Assembly: GCF_036365525.1 (NCBI RefSeq)
Contig: NC_090413.1
Span: forward strand, 24,660,601 to 24,724,600
Length of the DNA: 64,000 nucleotides
Reading direction: 5' to 3'
From: Heterodontus francisci
Taxonomy: Eukaryota
In this document: piece after piece, positions 38,305 through 51,632 of the stretch
How positions within the stretch are numbered: the stretch's first letter is position 1
How the letters are laid out: each line of letters starts with the position of its first letter
Translations under genes and position numbers: made by a program
Notes under the pieces: model-generated
Databases searched by the model: none
The model's input: only the letters and a program-made list of their open reading frames with translations
What the model was told of the DNA's origin: nothing

Positions 38305-39705
38305 AGAATCCCTTTGGAATTGAAGTGAGGAAGAACAAGGAATTGGTCGCATTACTGAAAGTAAGTTCTAGACTGCCAAACCATGGAAAGAAAATTGAAA
38401 TGAAATTTGTAGCTGTATCTGAAGCACATATTTACAATTGAGTTATAATTATAGGAGATTTTAATGACTCAGAGGTACCAGGATATGGAAAATGCCTGTG
38501 GTGAGAAGGGAGAGATTTTATATTTTTGCAGGTATGTTCTACATTGTTTTCTCAGTCAGTATGTTGCTACTTCAACAAGGAAGTATTACCTGACCAGATT
38601 CTAGCTGATGAAGCAGTGCAAGTAGGCAACCTAGATGTAGGAGATCATTTGGAAAGCAGTGACCACAATGTTATTTGAGAATAAAGGTACTAGACTGTGG
38701 AATAAAAGTAAATTACAGTGTGATTTAAAAAAAAAAGACTGCTGGTCTTCAATAGTCAAAGGAGGGGTAGAGTTACTGAGATGAAAGAGGCAAGGTTGTT
38801 GGAGAGATTGAAGGAATAGTGTAAATTCTAAATAAGTACTTTGCCTATGTTATTATGGAGACGGTAGACCTTTAGGACTGTGAATAGAGAAGTCAACGAA
38901 GGTTATTATTCAAAGAATGGTTCCAACATGGATATAGAGCACCACTCACCATATCTTTCTAGTCCAAAGAATTGCCTTTGACCCCATTCCTTGCTTTCTG
39001 CCTTCCCACCGTCTAAGAAAAAAATGTCTTTGCTCTGAGTGTGGGTAGAATGTGAAATTTGCTACCACAGGAAGTGGTTGAGAGAAATAAGTTAGATGCT
39101 TTCAAAAAGAAACTATTGATGAGTACAAGAAAGAAAGGGGATAGAAAGCTATGCTGAAAGGCTGAGGTGAGGTAGGTGGAATGGGAGGAGACCTGTGTGG
39201 ACTATGATCACCAGCAAAGATTAGTTAGGCCATTTCTGAGCTGTACCCACCTCTATATCCATGTGGCTATATTCCCATGCTAGTCAAGAGCAGTGTTCCC
39301 TGTAAGTTGCGATCGTGCAGCAACCCGGAAGGCAGCACGCAGACTGTTTGCAAGTTATCCCCTTTAAGATACGTGTGTGTGTGAAATTTGAAGGTACTGC
39401 ACATTCAAATGAATGGGCCACGCACTCCGAATAAAATTTAGAGGGGACATTGGTCAAGAGAAGAGTAAAGTGTTAAAGTTTTTCCAAGGTTGGAAGATGT
39501 TGGGAGTGGCTTCACTATAACTTGTCCCTGGTTCAGTAGGTGCAGGTAGCCATCAGCAAGGTACCAGAGTTCTGGGATTGTTTTCCTGCGTGGGTCACCT
39601 GCTTTCATGAAAGGTGGATGAAAAAAATTGAAGGGAGAAAGATGTCGAATGGTGGATCAGTATTAGTTGAGCTGAAAATTAAATGTTGAGGTTATTTTTC
39701 AACAG

Positions 39706-39872
39706 AGTTTTTATGCAGAAACAGGGCCAACAGAAAAAGCTGTCAATATCTGGACCGGATTATCGAAAGAATTCTGAAGCCAAAGATGCAGCAAATGTGA
39801 AGAAAGATAACAGTCAGACAAAGGCCAAAGAGCCAAAAGGAGATGATCAGAAGGAAAAAGATAATAAATCTG
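39706..39872 (+). CDS. GPR108: GPR108 exon 5 (VFMQKQGQQKKLSISG...KEKDNKS, charged linker)
   Basis: tttttcaacag acceptor, gtaatg donor, 167 nt, phase 2 to 1. Confidence 0.82.
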
Positions 39873-40561
39873 GTAATGAGCTATATTTGTACCTCACCTG
39901 TTTTCCAACACTCAACAGAAATTAAACTAATCAGAAAAGCTCTGATCTGAGCTTTACTCTCTCGCTACTGCTTCTGTTGGGGTTTGTAGTGATTTCTTTG
40001 AAGCAGTGTTGATTTATTTGGCGAAAACTTGAAGGATTTTCTTTTTGAATCTCCTAAATGATATTTGCATTGCTATTTAACAGGACCATATTTTTAAAAG
40101 TTCAATGCTCCTGTCTTTAAAACTTGCACCAGTGACCTAGTTTATTCCAGCAGCCGACCCATTGACAATGCGAGAAATAACATGCAGCAGAGAGTTGCAG
40201 ATGTCATTACCTCCCACCAGTGTCGTATGGTTTCCCCAATTTGATCTGGTGCTATATTTTGACACACAAGTGGTGTGGAATTCCTCAGAGCGTTAAAAGC
40301 AGAGACCAGCTAACTGTCTTCACTGTTGTGAAGTTTTTTATAAAGATCCAGGTTCTCTTTGGCACAGTAATCTACCGTTTTTGGGGACAAAGTATTATGT
40401 CAATCACTTTCTCTGGTAATGCTATCGTTTTAATGGAAGTAATTGGTTCTAATTAACCTTTTCAAAAATTATTATTTTTTTGTTTATACAGCAGCCCCTT
40501 CAAAGTTAATTCATCGGATGACTAGCTTAGCGATGTTTTGACATTAGATGTAATAAAAAGA

Positions 40562-40975
40562 AAGAGCTCACATTTCTATAGCGCCGTGCATGACCTCCGT
40601 GTCCCAAGTCTTTTACAGGCAATGAAGCACTTTTGAAGTGTCGTAATGTAACAATGCTACAGCCAATTTTTACACTGTAAGGTCCCACAAACAGCAAGAC
40701 CAGCTAATTGATTTGAATGGCGTTGAGGGATAGGTATTGGCCAAGACAATGGGAGAACTCCCCTCATCCTCTTTGAATAGTGTCACTGGATCTTTTACGT
40801 CCACCGGAGATCGCAGACAGGGCCTGGGGTTAATGTCTTATACCAAACATGACACCTCTAAAGACGCGCTCGCTCAGTACCGTACTGAGAGTATAAGGCG
40901 AGACTCCGTACTCTTTGGTTGCGTTTGGGTTTAAGTCCGCAAGCTTCAGACTCGGGTGAGTGAGAGTGCTGCTGT
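40562..40975 (-). mobile_element. Deu-domain SINE, old copy
   Basis: Degenerate reverse complement of family consensus. Confidence 0.6.
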
Positions 40976-41547
40976 GGAGCTAGGCTGATGTCTATACTAT
41001 AGCAGCAAATCTTTGAGGTTTGGTGGATGCTTTAAGTCATATAGGGCCTTTATCGTGTTCCAAAACTTCTCATACTGATATATATTCAGTAAATTACTTT
41101 CAATTTCGGCTGCTATTTTGTGTGTGAGCATTGGCTGTTCCAAACCTCACTGGGCACTGGATCATGAGTTGGAATGCTAACTGACTTTCCTTCATAATTT
41201 TCTTTCTCCTTCTCCTCCTCCTCCCCCCATTAACCCCAGACTGATGAAGCTGGGAATACTGTGGCAAATTGTCACATCCCCCCCCCCCACCCCCACTTTT
41301 TGGAGGGGTGGGTGGGGGGTGGAATTGGTGAACTGAACACAAACCGGAGATTGAAACTGAGACCTAGCTAATGTATGGCATTGTGCATTTACAGACCAAG
41401 GGAGCTGTAGGAGCTTGCTGATTAGCTTTTACCTCACTTGTCCATATTGTGACGTGACCAAAGTTGCTGGTCTGACCAGCTGTTCTCATCAATTTGGGTG
41501 AAATTTTGTGAGACATGACTTCATGCTGAAATTCTGTTTCATTTAAG

Positions 41548-41630
41548 GTACAAAGACCAGAAAGAAAAGAGAGGCACCTCAGAGTCAGAGCAAAGATGCA
41601 GCCAAAGGACAAGTGGAGCCCGTTAAAGAG
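41548..41630 (+). CDS. GPR108: GPR108 exon 6 (GTKTRKKREAPQSQSKDAAKGQVEPVKE)
   Basis: 83 nt; supplies the phase 1 to 0 change needed between exons 5 and 7; acceptor ctgtttcatttaag, donor gtcggt; composition like exon 5. Confidence 0.72.
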
Positions 41631-43241
41631 GTCGGTCTGTGCAGTGCTGTCGTGGAGTCTGATGCGTGAGACAAAATTCCACTTCACAAGGAAAAAATGA
41701 TTATTGTGTGGGCCAAGTGGCCTCTTTTTTGTGCCGTAAACTTTCAATGATTCTAACAAATGGTGTTGCATCTAGCAACCAGGAAGTAGCTAAACTGAAA
41801 ATAATGGCCCTGATCTTAGTAAAGCAATATCAGGCTAGTGAAATCACTTCTCCTAACGATTGCTCACAGTGTGTCTGAGGAGATACTGCTCTATCCTATT
41901 GTAATGTACAATATGGTATTAGCGCTCATGATTTTGTGATTGAATAAGTCAGATTAATGTTTTTGTTGATGCCTTGGGGATGCAGGCTCCAGTTAAGTGG
42001 GTGGAAACTAAATGGCAGTTATTAGGAGGGAGGGTGAGCCTGCGAGGTGGAAACAAAAGGAAGGGTATTGCAAGTTGCCATTGCTAGGTGCTTTATCAGG
42101 GGGAGATTGGGAGTGGGGATGGGGGCAATATGGTTGTTTACTGTGCGTTGGGAGTGTAAGAATGATAAGACATGGCATGGCAGGGGAAGGGAGTGGGAGA
42201 GGCAAACCGTAGAGTTACAAGCCTGGAGGCTGTGAAAAGGGGCTTGATAGCATTTCAGGTAGTTGGGTCTCCCAGTCTGGTGACGGAGCTGGAAATTGTT
42301 TCAGTAAATGAGCAACAGCAACATCTACCTTGGAGAACTTCTGGAAGGTGATTAGAGTGAGTTGGTAAGTTTAATTTTCTTGGAAGTAAGTGTTACATCA
42401 CAGGAAGTCGTAGAATCATAAAAATTTAGGGCAGAGAAGGAGGCCATTTGGCCCATCGTGTGTCAGTGGCCGGACTTAAGTATTGCGGGTGTCTATGAAC
42501 ATACACGCACATTATACATTCATAGGGTTTGGGGAGATGCTCCATTCTTCTTTACTCCGCCATCATAATTCTGGTAGATCGAGGGCAGTTGGAGCCGGAA
42601 CGCGACATGGAGCAGGAATAGAACCTGATTTGTATGGCACTGTACAGCATAATAGAGTGCCACTGAGAGGGAAGCACCATTTAAAATCATTAATGCAGGT
42701 TATTATTGAGGCAGGGTATTGACATCGGGACACTGAAATTGTGTTTTTCTTGTGATTCTAATGCATTGCTCCTTTTATAATGGAAAATGAAGATGCAGGG
42801 GGATCGTGGGTTGTAGGAAAGAACTTACATCTTTTACGACCTCTTGACGTCCTAAAGTGCTTTACAGCCAATGGATGCACTTTCTGAAGTGCAGTCGCTG
42901 TTGTAATGTAGGGAGATGCAACAGCCAAAATTGTGCACAGCAAGAACCCACAAACAGCAATGTGATAAATATCAGAATCATTCTTTTTATCAATGCTCAT
43001 CAAGCGGAAGTTGCTAAAGCTGACTGAGCCCTGAGGTCTTGGGTGTTTGAGTCAGACGCTGTGCTGCTGGATGTAACAGGCACCCTTTTGGTCTCCCTGC
43101 ACCCACCCCCCACCCCCCTACTCCACAAGACTAATGAGTTGCTTCAGTAGCAAACCTGTGAATGATAGTTCTGTTAGCAGTTTGGATGTTCAGCTGGTGC
43201 TAAGTGTTCTCCAATATCTGGTATTGAACTTCTTTCCTCAG

Positions 43242-43310
43242 AAGAAGAAAGCAGAAGTGGACCAGGAGGTTTTTGAACTAAAAAACGTGAAAGGCATCTA
43301 CAACTTCAAC
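43242..43310 (+). CDS. GPR108: GPR108 exon 7 (KKKAEVDQEVFELKNVKGIYNFN)
   Basis: 69 nt, tctttcctcag / gtaaga; conserved YNF. Confidence 0.85.
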
Positions 43311-43411
43311 GTAAGAATCCTTTATTCTCCAAACTTAACTTAGTTGCCCCTTTGTGAAAAGTGTGGATCTTTAATGCTGATATTTAACACTCTCTTTATT
43401 CTTCTTTGCAG

Positions 43412-43522
43412 TTCTTTGTAAAGATTGTATCCCCAGCAGAGGAAGGGCTTTATACTCTCAGCTTCCACAACTGCCATAAGGCAGCTTCAGGGAAAAAAAA
43501 TGATTTTGCATTTGACATGACA
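43412..43522 (+). CDS. GPR108: GPR108 exon 8 (FFVKIVSPAEEGLYTLSFHNCHKAASGKKNDFAFDMT)
   Basis: 111 nt, conserved EEGLY.L.FHNC. Confidence 0.92.
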
Positions 43523-43909
43523 GTAAGTACATTTGATGTAGGGAGTGGGGAAACGGGAGAATTATTCTCTGGCCTCCCCAGCCAATCGGCATGAAATTTA
43601 TAGCTTTCCAAAGCTTTTTTATCAGAACCACGGCCAGTAGAGTTTAAATACCGATCAGCATTGCTCAGATTGAATGGCCTCCTTCTGTTCCTATCACATC
43701 AAGTTCTATCTCTTTCCCCATCCCACCACTGCTTTCTGTGTTCCACAAGATCATTATTTTTTTTCTCAATCCTTGGTGCTTTTCTTTCCAATTTGTATTC
43801 ACTGCAGTGATACATATGTTCCTTAAAATGACATATGCATGCCCCCCCCCCCCCTCTTTGTGATAACCACAAACTTTCCCTAATCTCATTTTTGATGGCT
43901 TGTAGCTGT

Positions 43910-44260
43910 TAGAACCATAGAAAGGTTACGGCTCAGCCCATAGTGTCTGCGCCGGCTGAAAAAAAACTAGCCGCCCATTCTAATCCCACCTTCCAGCACC
44001 TGGTCCGTAGCCTTGCAGGTTACAGCACTTCAGGTGCAGGTCCAGGTACCTTTTCAAATGAGTTGAGGGTTTCTGCCTCCACCCTCGATCCAGGCACCCA
44101 CCACCCTCTGGGTGAAAAAAGTTTTTCTTCATGTCCCCTTTAATCCTTCTACCAATCCACCTTAAATCTGTGGCCCCTGGTAATTGACCTCTCTGCAAGG
44201 GGAAACAGGTCCTTCCTGTCTATCTAGGCCCCTCATAATTTTGTACACCTCAATTAAGTC
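43910..44260 (-). mobile_element. CR1 3' end fragment
   Basis: CR1-type tail and degenerate KKNFF/FKRYLD coding end in reverse. Confidence 0.7.
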
Positions 44261-44780
44261 AACAACTGTTGGTGCAAACTACACCAGACCCTAATAGTTC
44301 GAACATATTGTTTGTTGCAGATATTTTTAAAAAATTTGTATTTTAGCCTGCATGTAACATCACAATTCTTGGCGTTCTATAACAATATCGTGTATTTATA
44401 TAGCACCTGTAATGTAAAATGTCCCAAGGCGCTTCATAGGAGCATTATCCAACAAAATTTGATACCAAGCCACAGAAGGAGATATTAGGGCAGGCGACCA
44501 AAAGCTGATCAGGTGAGATGAAATAAGGTGGGAGGAGGCTTGTGTGCAGCATTAACACTGGCAGAGATCAGTTGGGCTGAATAGGCTGTTAATTCTTTGT
44601 AACTTCATGTAGGGATCAAACCTGGAATGTTCCTGGTTGGTTCCACACTGGGCAGCACATTAACAAGCTGAGCTATTTATTGCTAATTACTGTTGTGATT
44701 GCTATTTTTTTTAAGCCTCATTCTTAACATGTACATAGACCGTTATGTCACACTTTTATATTTTAAACCTTCCTTCTTAG

Positions 44781-44914
44781 ATTGAGATAACGGCAAGAAA
44801 TCCGAGGAACTATCTTTCTGCTGGAGAAATCCCACTGCCTCTGCTGTACCTGGTCATGTCTGGGTTTTTCTTTGTTGCAGCCTTGTTTTGGGTTTCCCTA
44901 CTTCTAAAGCACAG
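44781..44914 (+). CDS. GPR108: GPR108 exon 9 (IEITARNPRNYLSAGEIPLPLLYLVMSGFFFVAALFWVSLLLKH, TM1)
   Basis: 134 nt, conserved NP..YLSAGEIPLP. Confidence 0.93.
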
Positions 44915-45939
44915 GTAATGCTCCTTCAGTGCCCAGTGTTTAAACTGCTTTTATGATGGTGCATCAGACCCTAGTTGATGCGTTGTAGAGTGCCAATGAA
45001 CTAACATTTAGTGAAATGCACATGTTTTAAAAGGCGTGACCCATGGTATAGTAAAACAAGTGGTTGTAGGGCAGCTGAGTAAAAGCAGATTTGCGTCTGC
45101 ATGCGTGAGCTGGATAGTCACAAAGATCTTCCTTGCGCCCATTGTTGTGATGATGGAACCAATTTTATTTTTGGTCGCTACAAAGAGCAATTAGAATGCT
45201 CAAACTGAAAACCAACAGGTAGGCCCAGGGAAATTAAAGCTCCCTTTAACCTACCAGACATCTTCAGGTTAAAATTCTATAAAACGTTTGTACGTTTTAG
45301 AAGAAATCTTTTATGTAATACCGAATGAGCCCATTAATATTTTTTCTCTTCACATGTTACTTTTAAAACATTTTCCTTTTATCTTGCTGCCACAGCACCA
45401 GTATTAAATACTGTCAAAATTGACCGGCAGGGAAGGTTAGGGATGGGATCGTGGCTTTGAGTTTTAATGTGTGCTCTGCTGTTGATGCAAGTTCACTTGG
45501 GCACCTTAACATTAATATTCAGTCTATCGATAAAATGAGATGCAGGTTAGTGGGGTTGGGAGCAAGGGAATGGACTTGTGTCTTAAATAAATCTCCAGAC
45601 ACCGCGCTCCAAAAAGAAAAGGCAAGTGGCAGCCCCGTGCATCAATCCAAAATAAATGTTCCATGAGGATTGTACCAGACACTGTCCCCCCCCCCCCCCA
45701 CCCCGTAAACTAAACGGGCCGGTGCAAAGGAAATGGGGAATAGTTATGTAGTGATGGTTTTCAAAAGGAGTCTTATGTTCCTGTAAGATTCTCCTTGCAG
45801 TGCATGTTCAACAAAGCTACAGGACAATATGTATGTGCTTCTTGCTGTGCCAACTTTAATCTCAATGCTATTGACCATTTATTTGAATTTCTGCTGTCAC
45901 AAACTACTTCTGCACCCTAATGATATCTGTGTCCCTCAG

Positions 45940-46015
45940 GAGCAGTGTGTTTAAAATCCACTGGTTGATGGCTGCACTGGCTTTCACCAAGTCCGTTTCC
46001 ATACTGTTCCATGCT
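45940..46015 (+). CDS. GPR108: GPR108 exon 10 (SSVFKIHWLMAALAFTKSVSILFHA)
   Basis: 76 nt, conserved VFKIHWLMAAL. Confidence 0.95.
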
Positions 46016-47766
46016 GTAAGTATAAGTCTACATATGCAGCTAAATTACAGTGGCACTGAATCTAAATCACCAACTTGCTTTCAGTTCCCATTCGGAGTAC
46101 TTTGATCAGCTCTCCCACTGGACTAGGTTTAAAGGCAGTGCCTGTGGTGCGGTACTGAGGCAGACGAGTGGTTATGATCTGGAATACACTGCGTGAAAGA
46201 GTGGTGGATGCAGAAGAGAATTGGATAAGTTCCTGAAGGAAAAAAAAAAAGTGCAGGGCTACGAGGAAAGGGCAGGGGAGCGGGGCTAGCTAAATTACTC
46301 TTGCAGACGGCTAGCACAGGCTGGACTTGCTAAATGGCCTCCTTCTGTGCTGTAATCATTCTGCGATTCCAGACCAGCCAGCACGTCCCAGGAGCAGTTG
46401 TTAGTCTTGGCAGCAAAGTCAGTCAGGTTAGGTTGCAGCAATTGCCTTTCATACCTTGAGCTCAGGCAGAGTATAAATGTATGAGCCCAATTTCCTTTCC
46501 CTAATCACCATCCAGTGACCCCCCAACCCCCCCATACTGGAAGTACTGCGTTGGTCAGGTTTGTGTATGACAGCCTTCAGTTAAATAACCTGCTGAAGCT
46601 CACTTTGTGCCCAGATGTGAAGATTGGTCACTTGGGTGAGATATCCTAGTTCAGGTGGCATCTATAAAACTGAAGCTCAGCAAGCCTTGAGGAGAAAATT
46701 TTGCCAAAAAAAAAAAATTTTCAGCACTTTGTAAAGTTAAAATGACAAGTGCTTGAAAACATCAGCGTCTCATTTTCAGTACACTTTGTGGATCACTTCA
46801 AGTAACGAGAATCACTGGTTGAAGGTTGGGAGCCGGGGTAACATGCGAGCACTCAGCAGGGCAGAGGGAATCTGGGAGTGCTGTAGGCCAGCAGGAGGAG
46901 AGAAAATGGTGGGTGGCAACATAGCTGCATTGTGCTTTCTGGAGTTGGTTCTTGAATGTGAATAGTGTATGTGGTTGGTGCAGATCACCTGGCAACGTGG
47001 ACGAGTCATACAATGTTACATTCGTACAGCCATCAAACTTTTTTTTATATAAGCGCGTGTGTGTATCTAGAGATACAGAGAAAAATATTGATTTAGATAT
47101 ATAGATAAATGAACGCATATCAGTTCGAATAAGACACTTACTGGGTGACCTGTTAATGGTATTGGTGACTGCTGACAAAGTAGCCAGCATGAATAGAAGC
47201 CTCTGTCTCTATTTCTGTGCCCACATATGGTGAATCCAAAGTAACAGATGAGGAGAAAGCTCAGAGCAATAATGGAGGACAAGTTCCAATACTGTATTCT
47301 GTGCTTCATCAGCACATGCTGTAACTATGGACTGATGTGACTGCAATGTCTTCAGGCTTTGCTTTAAGGCATTTCTAGTGGGACAGAGCAATACTTTGGT
47401 GTATGCTCACTAATTTGCCATTTACCTATGCTCTGAAGCCAAAAGTAATAGGAGCCAGCTGAGAGATGTTTACTTGACACTTCTATACGTATTTGACAAG
47501 GGATGAGGAGAGATTGAAGCACTGCAGGATTGTTCTTTTAACAGATCATACTGCCCCAACCCACTTTTATATGTATATATATTTTTTAAATAGATGAACT
47601 AGAAGCAGGATAAAAATATTGTTTCTCCAAAGTGATGGACCTGACTCAACCTATTTTATAGGAACACGCCCAACCTCTGAGAGCAACTGTTGAAGTAATA
47701 TTTGCCGTCTTATCTCGAGTTCTATATAGTGTTTTCAATCCTTAACATTAATTTATTTGTTTCCAG

Positions 47767-47840
47767 ATAAACTACTATTTCATTGCTGTTAAAGGATCAG
47801 CAATTGAAGGTTGGGCTGTGATGTACTACATTACCCATCT
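47767..47840 (+). CDS. GPR108: GPR108 exon 11 (INYYFIAVKGSAIEGWAVMYYITH)
   Basis: 74 nt, ttccag / gtaagt. Confidence 0.94.
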
Positions 47841-47984
47841 GTAAGTAAATGATAGGTTGTTTGAATGAGGGGTGGGGTGATACTGATGGTAGAGCTCTGG
47901 GCTGCTATTCAGACAGCCTTGACTTGCCATTGAATGCTGTAATTCCCGGAGTTTGGTCTCTGTTCCTACTGTTGTTGTAGAGTT

Positions 47985-48293
47985 TGTCATGGCTCAGTGG
48001 GTAGCACTCTCGCCTCTGAGTCAGAAGGTCGTGGGTTCAATCCCACTCCAGAGACTTGAGCGCAAAAATCTAGGATGACACTCCAGGGCAGAACTGAGGG
48101 AGTGCTGTACCGTCTTTTGGGTGAGATGTGAAACTGAAGCTCGGTCTGCTTTCTCAGGAGGATGTAGCCGAGCCCACGGCACTATTTGAAGAAGAGCAGG
48201 GGAGTTGTTGCCAGTGTCTTGGCCAAGATTTATCCGTCGCATAACATAAGTGAAACAGATTATCTGGTCATTGCTGTTTGTTGGAGCTTGTTG
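47985..48293 (+). mobile_element. Deu-domain SINE 5' part (3' part resumes at ~51266-51372 after CR1 insertion)
   Basis: Head GGCTCAGTGGGTAGCACTCTCGCC; tail GTGAAAGGTGCGATATATAAATGCAAGTC lies beyond the LINE. Confidence 0.75.
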
Positions 48294-51265
48294 TAGAACA
48301 TAGAACATTACAGCGCAGTACAGGCCCTTCGGCCCTCGATGTTGCGCCGACCTGTGAAACCATCTGACCTACACTATTCCATTTTCATCCATATGTCTAT
48401 CCAATGACCACTTAAATGCCCTTAAAGTTGGCGAGTCTACTACTGTTGCAGGCAGGGCGTTCCACGCCCCTACTACTCTCTGAGTAAAGAAACTGCCTCT
48501 GACATCTGTCCTATATCTATCACCCCTCAACTTAAAGCTATGTCCCCTCGTGTTTGCCATCACCATCCGAGGAAAAAGACGCTCACTATCCACCCTATCT
48601 AACCCTCTGATTATCTTATATGTCTCTATTAAGTCACCTTTCCTCCTCCTTCTCTGTAACGAAAACAACCTCAAGTCCCTCAGCCTTTCCTCGTAAGACC
48701 TTCCCTCCATACCAGGCAACATCCTAGTAAATCTCCTCTGCACCCTTTCCAAAGCTTCCACATCCTTCCTATAATGCGGTGACCAGAACTGCACGCAATA
48801 CTCCAGGTGCGGTCTCACCAGAGTTTTGTACAGCTGCAGCATGACCACGTGGCTCTGAAACTCGATCCCCCTACTAATAAAAGCTAACACACCATATGCC
48901 GCCTTAACAGCCCTATTAACCTGGGTGGCAACTTTCAGGGATTTATATACCTGGACACCAAGATCTCTCTGCTCATCTACACTACCAAGAATCTTCCCAT
49001 TAGCCCAGTACTCTGCATTCCTGTTACTCCTTCCAAAGTGAATCACCTCACACTTTTCCACATTAAACTCCATTTGCCATCTCTCAGCCCAGCTCTGCAG
49101 CCTATCTATGTCCCTCTGTACCCTACAACATCCTTCGGCACTATCCACAACTCCACCGACCTTCGTGTCATCCGCAAATTTACTAACCCACCCTTCTACA
49201 CCCTCATCCAGGTCATTTATAAAAATGACAAACAGCAGGGGCCCCAAAACAGATCCTTGTGGTACACCGCTAGTAACTAAACTCCAGGATGAACATTTGC
49301 CATCAACCACCACCCTCTTCTTTCAGCTAGCCAATTTCTGATCCAAAGCACTAAATCACCTTCAATCCCATACTTCTGTATTTTCTGCAATAGCCTACCA
49401 TGGGGAACCTTATCAAATGCCTTGCTGAAATCCATATACACCACTTCCATGGCTTTACCCTCATCCACCTGTTTGGTCACCTTCTCAAAAAACTCAGTAA
49501 GGTTTGTGAGGCACGACCTCCCCTTCACAAAACCGTGCTGACTATCTCTAATGAACTTATTCTTTTCAAGATGATTATAAATCCTATCTCTTATAACCTT
49601 TTCCAACATTTTACCCACGACCGAAGTAAGGCTCACAGGTCTATAATTACCAGGGCTGTCTCTACTCCCTTTCTTGAACAAGGGGACAACATTTGCTATC
49701 CTCCAGTCTTCCGGCACTATTCCTGTCGACAATGACGACATAAAGATCAAGGACAAAGGCTCTGCAATCTCCTCCCTGGCTTCCCAGAGAATCCTAGGAT
49801 AAATCCCATCTGGCCCAGGGGACTTATCTATTTTCACACTTTCCAAAATTGCTAACACCTCCTCCTTGTGAACCTCAATCCCATCTAGCCTAGTAGTCTG
49901 TATCTCCGTATTCTCCTCGACAACATTTTCTTTCTCTACTGTAAATACTGACGCAAAATATTCATTTAACGCTTTCCCTATCTCCTCTGATTCCACACAC
50001 AACTTCCCACTACTATCCTTGATTGGCCCTAATCTAACTCTAGTCATTCTTTTATTCCTGATATACCTATAGAAAGCCTTAGGGTTTTCCTTGATCCTAT
50101 CCGCCAATGACTTCTCGTGTCCTCTCCTCGCTCTTCTTAGCTCTCCCTTTTAGATCCTTCCTGGCTAGCTTGTTAACTCTCAAGCGCCCTAACTGAGCCT
50201 TCACGTCTCATCCTAACATAAGCCGCCTTCTTCCTCTTGACAAGCGCTTCAACCTCTTTAGTAAACCACGGCTCCCTCGCTCGACAACTTCTTCCCTGCC
50301 TGACAGGTACATACTTATCAAGGACACGCAGTAGCCGCTCCCTGAATAAGCTCCACATTTCGATTGTGCCCATCCCCTGCAGTTTCCTTCCCCATCCTAC
50401 GCATCCTAAATCTTGCCTAATCGCATCATAATTTCCTTTCCCCCAGCTATAATTCTTGCCCTGCGGTATACACCTGTCCCTGCCCATCGCTAAGGTAAAC
50501 CGAACCGAATTGTGATCGCTATCACCAAAGTGCTCACCTACATCTAAATCTAACACCTGGCCGGGTTCATTACCCAGTACCGAATCCAATGTGGCATCGC
50601 CCCTGGTTGGCCTGTCTACATACTGTGTCAGAAAACCCTCCTGCACGCACTGGACAAAAACTGACCCATCTAAAGTACTCGAACTATAGTATTACCAGTC
50701 AATATTTGGAAAGTTAAAGTCCCCCATAACAACTACCCTGTTACTCTCGCTCCTGTCGAGAATCATCTTTGCTATCCTTTCCTCTACATCTCTGGAACTA
50801 TTTGGAGGTCTATAGAAAACTCCCAACAGGGTGACCTCTCCTCTCCTGTTTCTAATCTCGGCCCATACTACCTCAGTAGACGAGTCCTCAAACGTCCTTT
50901 CTGCTGCCGTAGTACTCTCCTTGATTAACAATGCCACACCCCCCCCCTCTTTTACCATCTTCTCTGTTCTTACTGAAACATCTAAATCCCGGAACCTGCA
51001 ACATCCATTCCTGTCCCTGCTCTACCCATGTCTCCGAAATGGCCACAACATCGAGATCCCAGGTACCAACCCATGCTGCAAGCTCACCCACCTTATTCCG
51101 GATGCTCCTGGCATTGAAGTAGACACACTTTAAACCAAGTTCTTGCTTGCCAGTGCCCTCTTGCGTCCTTGTAACCTTATCCCTGACCTCACTACTCTCA
51201 ACATCCTGTACACTGGAACTACAATTTAGGTTCCCATCCCCCTGCTGAATTAGTTTAAACCCCCC
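48294..51265 (-). mobile_element. CR1 LINE with near-complete ORF2 (APE endonuclease + RT), several frameshifts/stops
   Basis: YFNARSI, SETW, FYRPP, MGDFNFP, SDHN (APE) and PGPDGI, QGSVLGP, FADD (RT) across ORFs 50888-, 50692-, 50173-, 49277-, 48369-; tail of TAGAACA units on + strand. Confidence 0.95.
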
Positions 51266-51443
51266 AAATTCTGCCGTTTCCTGCATTACCACAGTGACCA
51301 CATTTGGGAACAAAGTGGTTTGGGATGTTCTGAGGTTGTGAAAGGTGCGATATATAAATGCAAGTCTTTTATTCTTGTAACTAATGTGCAAATAGCTTTT
51401 TAAAAGGATGTTTCTCTTAAAGTGACTGTAACAATTTAAATAA

Positions 51444-51632
<189 letters not shown>

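Noticed and set aside
40470-40540. Extra GPR108 exon after a strong polypyrimidine tract (tgtttatacagcag)
   Set aside because: No good frame-preserving donor follows; exons 5 and 6 already join in frame.
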